The position numbers and the translations under genes were made by a program. A DNA stretch of 64,000 nt from Octopus bimaculoides (taxonomy: Eukaryota): the NCBI RefSeq assembly GCF_001194135.2, contig NC_068993.1:63326935-63390934 (forward strand). The letters run 5' to 3'. This document shows, in pieces, positions 11,819 through 25,680 of this stretch (positions within the stretch are counted from its first letter, which is position 1; every line of letters starts with the position of its first letter). The notes below the pieces were generated by a model. The model was not told the DNA's origin. It made no database searches and was given only the letters and a program-made list of their open reading frames with translations.

Positions 11819-14800
11819 GAGCTCTTTCAAATAATGGAATTATTAAAAAGTGAAATAGATAATATTGTGGTTCTAGGTGAAATTATTGAATTACTAACCA
11901 TGATTTCAAACTCTATAACAGCCACAATGGCGCTGCACCCCTCTCATAGATTGTAACTAAATAAAGCTCAGTACTTTATCTAATTTTCTAATTCAGTTGT
12001 TGAAACATTTTGGAACAATCCATTCTCAAATAAACCAATATCTAAACCTGTATTAAGCAGTGAATTGGTTCTTTATGTTCCAAGCCAACTTTGCCTTTCA
12101 ACTTTTTGCAGTTGATAAAGTTCCATTCAAAAGAGGTAGATTAGTAGAATTGTAAGAGCTTTGGACAAAGCATTTTGTGGAATTTGTTCCAGCCGTTTAC
12201 AGTCTGAGTTTTCAGCTGGTATGATAAACTTGTATCAAACTATCAGGTTGGTCGTGTAAGAATTACTCAAAGATGGCAATGGGAAACCATCTTAGGATTC
12301 TCTCATGAAAATTTAAGGACAAGGACATAACATTTGTTGTGGAAGTCATCATGAATTGTTTGTGACCTGATGGTACAGAACTAGTAACCTGTGTTTGAGG
12401 ACAAAATCAATGTAAAATTCAAAACAAGGAATTAAAAAAAAGAAATCTTTGTGAGTTTGTTGAGATTTTGTATTATCAGATCGGAATGTTGTCTCTCATT
12501 CAACACACTTCTGCCATCTACCTCACTAATGCAACATTAAACTATAAAGATCACATAACTCTAAACTTACACCCTACTGATTGATGAAAGGCATTCCAAC
12601 CATGACCAGCCATTATGATGTTTAACCTATATTTCTGTATAAGAGGAACTACAATATTCAAAGTGTGATTTCAAGTTCATGTAGGGGAGGGGGGGGGACC
12701 CTCCACTAAAATATTGCTCTCACATTTGGAGCCAAACTCATACTAAACACACACATTTTACACAGACACACACATATTACACACTACATCCTTTTCCCTA
12801 CACATCTCTCTCTTTCCTTTCTCCTTATCTCTGTCTCTTGCTCTCTCCCATATTTAGTTTCAGCTCTGTAAGTTTCAGGTGAAAATCCTTTGACGGGGCT
12901 GGAATGCATGAAACAGCCTTTCACTTCTCCACTCATTCATTACTTGGGGTGATTTAAATCATAGAGTATGTTTCTCCTCTCTTTCACACACACACACACA
13001 CACGCTTAACATTGAGCCAGCGTAGATAGGTGCATGTGTACATGCATGCACACATGTATCCATCCATCCATCCATACATACATACATACATACATACAGA
13101 CTGACAGACATTACTAATGGTGTGTGTGTTTCTATGATGACATCACTTAAAAACCATTGCTGTTGTTTGTATTCTATAACTTAGTGGTTTGGCAAACTAA
13201 GATTAATAGAATAAGTAATACAAAGTATTAGATTGATATAATCAAGCAACCCTTGAAAGCAGTGCTCCAGCAAGGCTGTAGTCCAATGACCGAAGCCAGT
13301 AAATGAGTAAATATACAAATTATTGAAATATCAATAATTCTGCAAGAACCGGCAAATAGTATGATTGCTCAAATGTAAAGAATCTTTGGAGCCCATCCGA
13401 ATTATCAATATTCTTCCCTTAAGAATATTGTATTTGAAGTATCAAGAATTTTTAACAATGGGCATTTCAATGTTAAGACTATGAAGTTCCACTTTGTAAA
13501 CTTTGAGATTTTAGTGATCATATTTATGGAGAATAAAATAGATTGAAGAATTCTGAAGAATCGATTTATCAATATTTTTAGTGTTTCTTTTGATCAGCTG
13601 AGTGATTGGCCAGAAATGAGCTAATTACAAAAACAACAACAATATTTCCTATCAAATTATTATGATGAATCGATACAAATAGCAGCAGAAAGTAATCTTA
13701 TTGATATTGGTCAACGAGAATCTTTCATAGCAATAAATTTCGAGATTTTCAAGCAGTGGAAGATAATGAAATGAATGAGATGTGACATCACGCAGATTCT
13801 GTTCAATTAAGCTTAACAAGTTGGCGCCATCGGGAAAAAGTAGCAGAATTCTTCATCGTCATGTCTCACCTTAAAATAGATGTTTGTAATTTTTATTAAT
13901 GAATATGTTATCTAGAAGTTAAATCATTTTTGTTCAGACTCTCTTTCAATGAACTAAGCATGTTTGTGATTCAGGTTGGCTTAAGTCACCTGAGGACTTC
14001 CATGCTAATATTTACACATGCAAAGAGTTGGTAGAATTCCTTGCAGTATTTCGTAATGGTGCTTTGCATTCTGAATTCAAATCCAACCAGTTAACTTTGT
14101 CTTTCATGTTTCTGCATTAATATCAGCCAAGTACTGGAATCAGCCGTAAAAATCTGTGGCTTTGTATCAATGAGGAAAATCTACCTCATTACATTGGCAA
14201 TACTTATCCAGTTCCATCATTTACCATTCCAAGTTGAAATCTTGTTGCTTAATCTCACATCAGACTTGACTAAGCAAACTTATAATAAAAGATATTCCTG
14301 ATGTTACCAATTCCATTCTTTTAATTTTAAGCACAGTCTATCTAGGACTACATTATCCACTGTTAACTTACCTTTAAAAAAAAAGAAAAAAAAAAACAAA
14401 TGGTAAAAATATTCTGTTGATTGGTTTACTAAAAGATTATCTAGTTCTTAGAATTTTGTTTATGATTACTGGAATTAAAAGGGATTATGAAATTAATGAA
14501 TGTTGTTGTTGTTATTATTATTGATGGTGGTGGTGGTGGTGGGTTGCCATGGTCGAGAGCGAAGTTGGTGGCACAGAGATAACTGATTAAACAAAGCATT
14601 CAATTTGTATATTCTTTATTGTGAGGAATACGGATGTGAAAAGCTTCTCTTGCCATCATTGTTACATCACGCTGAAGACTATGCCTTTGGATTTTCTCTG
14701 CTGATGGTGGTGATGATAGTGATGATGATGATGTTAGTGCTGATGATGATAATAATGATAACAGTGATGATAATGATGTTGATGACTGTGTTGATTGATG

Positions 14801-14964
14801 ACTAATGATAGAGATGATGGTGATGATGGCCGTGATGATGACGAGGAGGAAAATGATAGTGATGACAATGATAATGATTATACAACATAAACAACACCAA
14901 ATTAATTCTCAAAGCCTTCTCTCTAGTTTCTTGTTAGTCTTTCCATTTGATGTGTTTATTTACC

Positions 14965-14999
14965 ATTTTTGTTTCTTTTTTCTTCTATTTCAGGTGAGT
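14965..14999 (+). other. Juxtaposed 3' and 5' splice signals (Y-tract-CAG|GTGAGT): recursive-splice-site or exon-end candidate
   Basis: ccatttttgtttcttttttcttctatttCAG (14991-93) followed directly by the consensus donor GTGAGT (14994-99). Confidence 0.35.
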
Positions 15000-15225
15000 A
15001 AATCTTTTACATCTATCATAGTTTTGTTTGATCATTCAATTGGTAAGTTTTTTCCTTTCAACTCTATTTATTTATTTACTAAAAAAACCAAAAAACAAAA
15101 AAAAAAAGAAATAAAAATTGCTCTATTTTTGGATTTTGTTCATTTGTAGGATATTTATGCCAAATGACTTGCCGTTAGCTATATTTGTGTGTATATGGTT
15201 ATTGTGTGCGTAAGTATGTAGCCAT

Positions 15226-15257
<32 letters not shown>

Positions 15258-15623
15258 GCTGTTTACTTTGCCCTCTCTCACTTCAATTCTTTCTTGATAT
15301 TGCCTTTATTTTGCTGCCGCTAATTATCTGATAGAAAAAAACTGAGTTTACCAAAAATATAAACAAAATCGAAGATTCTACGTTCACATTATTCCAAGAT
15401 ACACGTGTACTTTTGTGTAATGCATATTTCTATAAAGTAGAAGACATGTTGGAGATTGAAATCTGTTTCATGTCCTAAATTTCAATTTTGTCTTCTTTTA
15501 ACCTTTGTTTCTCAACCATATGGACGGGAGGATGGCCAGACTAACGAATCTGGATTTCATTGACATAAATATGTTCTACACGACATCATTCATTTGTCCC
15601 TGCAAAACACAGAGACCATGTCT

Positions 15624-15660
<37 letters not shown>

Positions 15661-15699
15661 ACATTATTATTATTATTGACACTTTGTTGGTTACAACAA

Positions 15700-15996
15700 T
15701 GAGTGTTGCAGCTAATCCAATCAATGGAATAGCTTATTCATGGGATTAACATGCAAAGTGGCTGAAGATTCCACAGACATGCATACCCTTAACTTCATTG
15801 AAAGGGAGAGTCAGCATGATGCAGAATGTGACATGGCTGGCCCTTTCAAATACAACTCATGTTTTGCCAGCTGAGTAGATTGGACCAATGTGAAATAAAG
15901 TGTCTTGCTCAAGGAGACAACACATCGCCAGGAATTGAACTCATGATCTTATGATTTTAAGCTGAATACCTTAACCACTTGGCCACATACCTTCAC
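15700..15996 (-). mobile_element. tRNA-derived SINE, family 4
   Basis: The minus strand starts gtgaaggtatgtggccaagtggttaagg (A-box)...gagttcaattcc (B-box)...ccttgagcaagacactttatttcac. A second copy lies at 46196-46497. Confidence 0.8.
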
Positions 15997-16354
15997 ATGT
16001 AAATACACACACTCACACACACACGCATGCACACACTCACTCACTCACACACACAGAACAGACTTCTATGTTATTTCATGTAGCGGATTTCATTTCCAAG
16101 GTTTATTGGTCAGTATCGGTCAGTATCGGTCAGTATGATGGTCATAGAAGATGGTTGCTGAAGATGCCATGCAGTGAAATGAAACCCTGAACCATGTTGT
16201 CATGAAACAGTCTTGTGAACCACGCAGCAATGCGGCCACCACTACAATAAACACACACAGCATTCACAGACAGACACACACACACATGAGATAATACACC
16301 TACACAGAATTGTAACCATTGAATAAGATTTCCTTTAAAAACCTAATACTGTTC

Positions 16355-16457
<103 letters not shown>

Positions 16458-17195
16458 TTCAATGTATTCACACATAAATATACATGTATACATTCATTTT
16501 TTTTTTGTCAAAGATTTCTCTTTTCCTTCTTTAATTGAACATAATACAACATTTTATGAAATATGTGTGTGTGTGTGTGTGTTACTATCTGTGTGTGTCT
16601 TGCTTTCTTTTGTCTTGAAATTTCTCTGTGATTTCTCATGAGAAAAACAACAGATCATTATTCCAAAACTATTGATGCCATTGTGGAGTCTAAGAAATAA
16701 AACTGTTTCCTAAATTACTTTTCCTTTTCTATCTTAAATACAATAGCAAAAACCAAGTTGCTGGCATCTAGTTTTAATACCGATTTCCTTTTCACTTGGC
16801 TTGAAGCCAGTTTGGGTATTGAGAAAAACAGTATGGTTGATTAGTTTTTGATATTGGGGAAAATTGCACAGTTGATCGGTTTTAACCCCAGTGTATTACT
16901 TATACTCATTTTATTGAACCTGGAGGATTGAGAAACCAAAAAAATAAAACTCATCCCAGCAAACTCAAAACTTTGAAACTAAAGAGCAGAACTAAACTGT
17001 ATAATGTATTTGGTCTGGCATTCTCCCCCCTCCCTCTCTTCCCTAATTTCCAGATTTGTTGATGTTATTGCAGTTTTGTTGTTTAATTAAATAAAACTTG
17101 TAATATACAAGTTCTTATTTAAAAAAAAGGTCAAAGGTGAAAATAAATTGTTTTTTTTATTTAATCAAATTATCCTCTTTTGATTTTTGGGCATG

Positions 17196-17257
<62 letters not shown>

Positions 17258-18361
17258 TTACTCTCAATTACATTAAATCAAATGATACCAAATGGTTTTT
17301 GTTGGCAATTATTTAGATATTTTAACATATTTGTGAAACCCAATTTTTTTTCTTTTTCTGTTGAAGTAGGTTACCACCACCAATCTCTTTTACTACTGGG
17401 AATTCTCTGATATCATTATTTAAAATATTCTATGAAATCAGATCAGAATTAAATAATCCTGACAGGATATTGCTTTATCCCTGAATACATTACTGGTTGT
17501 CTTGAAATCTATAAAATATCTCAAAAGAGATGTGGTTTCTACATTCACAGAGAAGACAACCTATCTCGGCACCATGGCTAGTTTGAATTGCAAATGAGTT
17601 GCGCCCAGAGAAAAATAATCATTGTCTGAGACTCGTAGTTATTCTCTCTAGTAATGGCGCCATCATGAAACAGCATGGAGCCTTTTTGTGGGTTTTTGAT
17701 TCTGTTAGAAATAGCAGCCAAATTTCTTCAGTTCACACTGTTGTGTCTTATAAAAGGACGAACATGTTGTATAATATATTTTAGATCTAGAAAAATTCAG
17801 GTTGTTCATGGATGGAACGTCTTTAATCATAGGTCTGATCTCACTTGACCAATAATCCTCTCCACCCCCGACTGCCATTTTAATGGTTTGGATATTTTGT
17901 TCCTTCGTCATTGATGGATTTTGAGTTTTATGAAGATATTAACTTCATCTCTTTTGGATTGGGTTTAAGCTACATGAAGCTTAGAAGGTCATTAGCACTG
18001 GCCCATTTATATANNNNNNNNNNNNNNNNNNNNNNNNNNNNNNNNNNNNNNNNNNNNNNNNNNNNNNNNNNNNNNNNNNNNNNNNNNNNNNNNNNNNNNN
18101 NNNNNNNNNNNNNNNNNNNNNNNNNNNNNNNNNNNNNNNNNNNNNNNNNNNNNNNNNNNNNNNNNNNNNNNNNNNNNNNNNNNNNNNNNNNNNNNNNNNN
18201 NNNNNNNNNNNNNNNNNNNNNNNNNNNNNNNNNNNNNNNNNNNNNNNNNNNNNNNNNNNNNNNNNNNNNNNNNNNNNNNNNNNNNNNNNNNNNNNNNNNN
18301 NNNNNNNNNNNNNNNNNNNNNNNNNNNNNNNNNNNNNNNNNNNNNNNNNNNNNNNNNNNNN

Positions 18362-18419
<58 letters not shown>

Positions 18420-18740
18420 ATTTGTAAGTTTCCATCCACCAAATTCTACTCACAGGACGTTGGTTCGCCTGAGACTCTGAAGAAGAGTGTTCTGATATTG
18501 CAAGGCTTTATTTGGTGACTCATAGCCTACTATGGTGCAGTGCCAATGATAGAAATTGAACTCTTGACTCAGGGACCAAACTGAATTTCATAAGATAGAA
18601 TAAGTTTATGTACCATGAAGAGGATGAGGAGGAGAGAATTCTATCATTTAAACACAGGAAGCTTTTGTAAGAGAAGACAAAAGAAGTGCTGGGAGGTTAG
18701 AAATGAGGCTGAATTTGCATGTATAGATTAGGATGAAGGA

Positions 18741-18965
18741 CCCTAACTTCTTAGGATTACTCTGTCAAATATAATGTTTATTTAATCTCATGGCTTTGAA
18801 CTAATCTTGCATTATCTCAAAGCTTCAAGATTTTGATGATGTGGTTGTTTATTTTTAGAATAACATTGTCAAGTAGGTGTGAGAGGCCAGATCTGGCTAG
18901 TTTGAACATTAAAACAGGTGGAATATTAGGGCCATATATGGCTGGCTTAAATACTAAAGGGTTAA
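18741..18965. mobile_element. piggyBac-type MITE, copy 2
   Basis: Ends AATACTAAAGGG+TTAA (18950-18965). The body matches 7421-7630. The left end is degraded. Confidence 0.7.
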
Positions 18966-19444
18966 AACTCTAAGTATCCCAGCTATTTTTTTCTTATCTA
19001 AGGCCACGTTTTCTAATGTATGTCCTTTAAGATGGTAGGGTGTACTTTGAGTGAAATTTATCACCTATTTCTAGCAAGTTGAGAGACTGACATCCTAGCC
19101 ATGACTATTTAGCCTTATTTTCAGACAACATTTTGGGCAATATTAACTATCTTTCTTGTTTGAAATGAAAGAAAGATTTGACTGTTATTTCTAGCAAAGT
19201 GACCGACCATGTGGATGGCTTCTATTCTAAGTGGAGAGGCAGGCAAAGGCATTGATTAATATTTTCATTCAGAAAGATTCGACTTTGGAGCAGCCATAAA
19301 GCAACTGACCAATCAGAATTGACCAATTCTACACTTACAAAGTGTGTGTGTGTGTGTGTGTTTATGGGTGTATATTATGTTTCTAAGAAGATGGTAATCA
19401 ATGCCATTGACAAATATTGAGCTTCAAAATTTTCAAGCAAAATA

Positions 19445-19625
19445 TTGGTTTCACATTTTGGCACAAGGCCAGCAATTTTTGGGGAGCTGGGGGTAAGCCA
19501 AGTACATTGACCCCTGTTTTCAAGTGGTAATTATTTCATCAAAGCCAAAACTGACCTCAGTGGAATTTGAACTCAGAACATAAAAACAGACGAGATGCCA
19601 CTAAGCATTTTGCTAATGAATCTAC
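19445..19625 (-). mobile_element. SINE family 1 copy
   Basis: ttttggcacaaggccagcaatt...gacctcagtggaatttgaactcagaac is the reverse complement of 29540-29690. Confidence 0.75.
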
Positions 19626-19745
19626 CATTCCACACTGAAACAAAATACCAAAAGTAAATGAGATCCCTCCCTCCCCTCCCCTTTCACTGTATTGTGAGTT
19701 TACTGTTGTGAATCTATGGTTATACTAGTTACACAGGTTTAATGT

Positions 19746-19759
19746 GTTGTTATGGCAAC
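19746..19759. promoter_or_regulatory. RFX X-box motif candidate
   Basis: GTTGTTATGGCAAC fits GTHNYYATRRNAAC with a canonical GGCAAC half-site. A match this degenerate is near chance level in 64 kb. Confidence 0.25.
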
Positions 19760-19857
19760 GAATCTGCTGTTACAGTGGTTAATCTTTTGCTGAAGTTGTT
19801 AATCTGTCTTAGTGTCTGTATTTCATTATCTCTGTGCAAATAGAATACAATAAGCTA

Positions 19858-19896
<39 letters not shown>

Positions 19897-20064
19897 ACAC
19901 ACTCCTGTCATTTTCATTATAACCATCTGTGGCTGTTAAAAGAAGAAAAAAAAAAAAGCCATTGACTCAAAAAGTTCAACCAATTTGGTCTTCTGCCAGG
20001 CTTCTTTCCACCAGAAACCAACCAAGCCATGTTCTTTTAGTTATGTGTGCAATATTGGGTTGTA

Positions 20065-20144
20065 ATGGGAGGCAGCCTACTTAGAGAACGGCGCCTTCGC
20101 TTATTTCATTTAGGTTTTTCACTCTTGGTGTTGATGCTGGCATG
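20065..20144 (+). CDS. Candidate first coding exon with a signal/anchor-like N-terminus (unverified)
   Basis: ATG at 20065 gives MGGSLLRERRLRLFHLGFSLLVLMLAW: basic cluster followed by a hydrophobic run. Possible donor G|GTTCGT at 20145. I recognise no homolog. Confidence 0.15.
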
Positions 20145-20253
20145 GTTCGTGTTGTTGTTGTTGTTTTTGTTGCCGTCCCTTGGGAGAAGAAGGAGGCAAA
20201 GGAGGAGACGGTGGTTTCTTTATGCATGCACATACACACACACATGTATGTAC

Positions 20254-20293
<40 letters not shown>

Positions 20294-20376
20294 ATATATA
20301 TGTGTGTGTGTATGTGTGTATATATGTGTATGTGTGTGTGTGTATATATATGTATGTATGTGTGTATATATATATA

Positions 20377-20493
<117 letters not shown>

Positions 20494-21835
20494 ATATGTA
20501 TGTGTGTGTGTATGTATGTATATTTATGTGCCTAATGACTAATTTGCCTGCAAATAACCTATTGGTTCTGAATATTCATGGCTCTGTCAGTTGATCTCCA
20601 GATATTTTCATGCCTGAAACTAATAAATTATTAACAATATTGTTCCATTGGTTCATGTGTATGTTTGTTTGTCTGTGTCTGTATGTGTGTGTGCATGCAT
20701 GTGCGTGCATATGTATATATGTATATTCATATATATATATGTGTGTGTGTGTTTGGTATGTTGGTATATATATATACTGCAGCATTGCCGTGTGTCTATT
20801 TGTGTGTGACAGTGCAACTGTGTTTGTGTGTGTTAGCTTATTTATGTGTTGATTCAGATGTATTACACTGTGTCTATTTGCACAAATGTATATATATGCA
20901 TATATATGCTGTGTGTGAATTGTGAGAGTGTGTAGATCCCTTAACCCGTGTACTGCTTGATGTGTGTATACACATGTATTTACATGTGGCTTTTTACATG
21001 TGTCAATGTAATAATGTAATATGCATGTGTTTGTGTGAGTGAGTGTGTAATATGTATGCATATTGGTATGTAAATGTAAAGCTGTAATATGGTTGTATAT
21101 GTGTGGTGTGTGTGTGTGTGTCTATGAGAATGTGATATGCTTTTATACACATGTGTGTTTATATTGCTGATAGTGTTGGTATATAAATATATACATGTTG
21201 CTATATGTGTGTATGTTAGTTTGTGTGTGTGTGTGTGTGTGTTTGTGTCAGTGTGTATGTAATAGAAATAAGTATTGGAAGGTACATGTACATGTGTGTG
21301 TGTGTGTGCGTGTGTGTGTGTTTTGTGACAAAATACAGGAAGCTCCGTTTCTAATGCAGTCTATTTATTATTTAACCGGGGAATTGTTTTTGTGGNNNNN
21401 NNNNNNNNNNNNNNNNNNNNNNNNNNNNNNNNNNNNNNNNNNNNNNNNNNNNNNNNNNNNNNNNNNNNNNNNNNNNNNNNNNNNNNNNNNNNNNNNNNNN
21501 NNNNNNNNNNNNNNNNNNNNNNNNNNNNNNNNNNNNNNNNNNNNNNNNNNNNNNNNNNNNNNNNNNNNNNNNNNNNNNNNNNNNNNNNNNNNNNNNNNNN
21601 NNNNNNNNNNNNNNNNNNNNNNNNNNNNNNNNNNNNNNNNNNNNNNNNNNNNNNNNNNNNNNNNNNNNNNNNNNNNNNNNNNNNNNNNNNNNNNNNNNNN
21701 NNNNNNNNNNNNNNNNNNNNNNNNNNNNNNNNNNNNNNNNNNNNNNNNNNNNNNNNNNNNNNNNNNNNNNNNNNNNNNNNNNNNNNNNNNNNNNNNNNNN
21801 NNNNNNNNNNNNNNNNNNNNNNNNNNNNNNNNNNN

Positions 21836-21891
<56 letters not shown>

Positions 21892-22577
21892 CATACATGC
21901 ACACACACACACACTATGCACACACACATGTACACGTATATATTAAAATACACATACACAACACACATACAAATACATCTTTTGAAGAACTCTAAACCAA
22001 AACAAACGTTAATGGTTGCAATAATCATAAAGAAGAGAGAATATTATTATATTTTCCTATTGAAATATTTCTTAAACTGTTTTGGAGATCAAGGCTGTAT
22101 CTGTCTGTCTGTCTCCGTACGTGTGTGTTTTTATGGTGTTGCTGTTGTTATTGTTGTTTTTATGGGGTGCAGAGTTGACGTTTTAAATACAAAATACAAA
22201 TTCTGTGGGAAGTATGGTAATCTATTCAATTGGACCATTCTTCAGCATTATTTGAATCAGATTCAAAGATTTATTCAAATTTATTAACTGTCTGCAAGTC
22301 AGAGTTGGTAGCTGGTTGATGGCAGTATTCAAAGAGTGCCATAAACGCCAGTGAAGCGTTGTCGACATGGTGGCTTCACTTCATAAAAATAACAGCCAAA
22401 TTTTCTTCAAATCACACACTCTGCTCTCTTAAAAAAGGAAGAACACATTGAATAATATAGTTCCAGATATGATTCCAGTCTGAATAAAAGGAAAGAGAAT
22501 TGCAGATGGAACATCTTTGAGATCTATTGGAGCTGCGGTTACCAAGGATTGATCCTGTAACTTTTAATCCGACCATT

Positions 22578-22745
22578 TCTCTTCAGATTGACCATATCCA
22601 GCTTCTCACACCTAACCTACAATGTCGGTCTAAAAATATACACATCATTGAAATCTCAAAGTCATGAGATAATGCATGATTAATTAAAAATAATTAATTT
22701 AAAAGAAATAAGCATTGAATGCAATAAAACATGTCTAACAGCAAA
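22578..22745. mobile_element. piggyBac-type MITE internal fragment, opposite orientation
   Basis: cttctcacacctaacctacaatgtcggtctaaaaat...catcattgaaatctcaaagtcatgagataatgcatgattaatt is the reverse complement of the MITE body. Confidence 0.65.
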
Positions 22746-22941
22746 CTGTCTGAGAATTGGTGAGGTTTGATCCTGGGATGAGGTGATTCACTATTCTGCA
22801 GACTCATTCAGTTCCTGCTAACAGAGAGAAATGGACTTTACATCAATGACACTGTTGATGTTGGTGATGATAATGATGATAATGATGACAATGATGATGA
22901 TGACGATGATGATGATGATAATCTCTGACCATCCAAAATTT

Positions 22942-22976
22942 GTTGCTAAGCAATGCTGTTGCCTAGTAATGGCAAC
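22942..22976. promoter_or_regulatory. Cluster of RFX-like motifs
   Basis: GTTGCTAAGCAAT (22942-54) and GTTGCC-TAGTAAT-GGCAAC (22958-76) lie within 35 bp. Confidence 0.2.
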
Positions 22977-23166
22977 ACAATTTATAAACTGTCTGCAAAT
23001 GTTATTTTCAGATCATATCACCTTTCTGGCAATATGTCTTTAGGAATAATCTGTCTTTTTCTCTCCCTCATTCCCCTTCTCCTCTCCCCCTCTCTCTCTA
23101 TTATTCTGCCTTTCTGTCTCATCTTACTATCATCTCTCTATCTCTCTCTATCAGTCTTTGTATGTC

Positions 23167-23200
<34 letters not shown>

Positions 23201-24520
23201 ATTCTGCTCAGTCTCTTGTTTCCCTTGCTCTGTTTGTCTGTCTGTCTGTCTGTCTCCTCTATCTCTCTCTCTCTCTCTCTCTCTTTCATCTTTTTTTCTT
23301 CTCAGATCTGATGGTTGGGTACCAAACTGTGTCATTGGAATGTGGTCCATGATCAAACAGTCAAAACCTCACTCATTCACAGCCAATTCTATCTCCATAG
23401 AATTCCATCTCAATGATTTAATCTGTTAAAAGATTAGAAACACTTGGATTAAATATATTTTCAGACAAATTTCTGAATTCCAGGAAATTAAATCTGTTCT
23501 CTTTTACTTGTTTCAGTCATTGGATTGTGGCCATGCTGGGGCAACACCTTGACTGGTTTAATTAGATAAATTCACTCCAGTAGTTTTCCTTAAGTCTGGT
23601 ACTTATTTTATTGGTCCCTTTTGTTAAACTGCTAAGTTACAAGAATGTAAATAAACCAACGCTGGTTGTCTAGCGATGGAAGGACAAACCCAAAAGTACA
23701 TGCATACATACATACATAGCAAATGAAAAAGAGACGATGGAATATACGAGAATTTATTATTAATCACGACAGATGTTTCAACACATCTAGTATCGATTCC
23801 TCTTGGGTGGGACACTCAACAATTGGTTCAGGAGCATCAGGTGGGACAGATGTATCTCGTTGGGTGAAAGATAAATACAACTCATTAAAATAACTGTTCT
23901 GCAATGTAAATTCCTGTTTTGTAGAAAGAAAAGCAGATGGAGGGAGGAAATATCTTCATTTATATAAAAGATCAAAAATAAAATCACAGATGACAAAAAG
24001 AGAAACGAACACAGAATCCAGCGAGAAAAGTATTAAAAATAACCGTTAAGATATGGATGTATAAACACCCTCGGGCAAACTGCATGGCACAAGTACACTT
24101 GCTCAAACAAAAAAAACATGTATATATAAATATATATATACACACACATACATGCACATACATATACGCACACATACACACATATCTGTATGTATATATT
24201 TATACACACATACATATAAATGTGTGTATGTATGTGTATTTAATATTTGTTAATATTTATTATTTTTTATTTGTTATTTATTATATTATGTTATATTATC
24301 ATAAAAATATAATATAATATATTATTATGTTTAATAAATTTTAATTTTTGAATTGGCAATTGTTATATATGCATCTCCATTTTCTATCTTTCATTTGTTA
24401 TATAAATATATGTATGTATGTGTGTATGTATGTATGTATGTGTGTGTGTATGTATGTATGTATGTATGTATGTATGTGTGTACGTATGTATGTATGTATG
24501 TGTGTGTGTATGTAGTGCAT

Positions 24521-24586
24521 GTCAAATCGTCCAACCCATGCTAGCATGGAAAGCGGACGTTAAACGATGATGATGATGATGATGAT
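24521..24586 (+). mobile_element. Ultra-short (about 65 bp) young RTE 3' end
   Basis: gtcaaatcgtccaacccatgctagcatggaaagcggacgttaaac(gat)n, matching 36714-36776. Confidence 0.9.
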
Positions 24587-25680
24587 ATAATCCCAAAACC
24601 ATAATCCAATCACATGAAACCAATCTCACATTATCCCATTTGTGCTAATCACTATACAAAACTAGTCATGGTACCAGCTTGACCTGAGAAACCTTCAAAT
24701 CAATGTTGGAGACTAATTTCTAAACCCCATAACATTCATTAATAACAATCTCATTAAACTATATCAAAATTAATGTTTTAAGTATTTTAACTTCACCCCA
24801 TAACCCCACCACCCCTCGCTCACCAATATTTTACAACGAATACTTATAACAGTCCCTCAACCTGCTATAAACAGCAGCCAAATCTCCCCGAAATTACGGC
24901 ACTGTTGTCTTGAAGAGGGGAGAGCATGTTGGTGTTTCATAATGGATTCTTGAATGGAATAATCTCAGAAAGACATATTATTTACAAGAACATTTTTGGT
25001 CATAGATCTCTTGGATTAGTGCAGACTCTGGTGCTTAATGAAGATGTGTGTGTGTGTGTGTGTATCCATGGGTGTATTTGTGTGTGTATGTTCTTTTTGC
25101 ATTATACTTCATTTTTTTTTTTGCATATGTAAATTGAATCCAAGAATCAAAATAGAGCTTCTGTTCTTTTCGTTTTTTTTTTCTCTTTTCTCTTATTTTT
25201 TTCTTCCATGTACAACCTTAGAGCCTTAGTTTTGATAATGAGACACACAGGCATTCATTTATACCTGTATGGATAATTGGGAAGTATCATTTCACAGGGC
25301 TAGCTTCTCTTATTTCAAACACACATACACACACAGATGAAAATATACACACATATACATCCATATGCATGCATACATTCATATATCACTTTCCTAGTGT
25401 GAAATCTCGAATGACTTTTGATCCCCGAAAGGCATTTGAAGAGTTGATCCTATAAACTGCAGCAATGTCCTCATACCATTATTGGCACCATTTTCTGCTT
25501 GCTTATTATGAATGTTCAAGTGCTGCTTCGATCCTCCATGTGACCTGCAAACACTGCTTTGAAATTCATCATAAAATCATACTTGGAGATGACACTATTT
25601 CGTGACATTGACGAGCAACAACTATGCTGAAATGCACAGCTGTTGTTCTTACGCTCACTTTCAGGATGATTTCATTTCAT

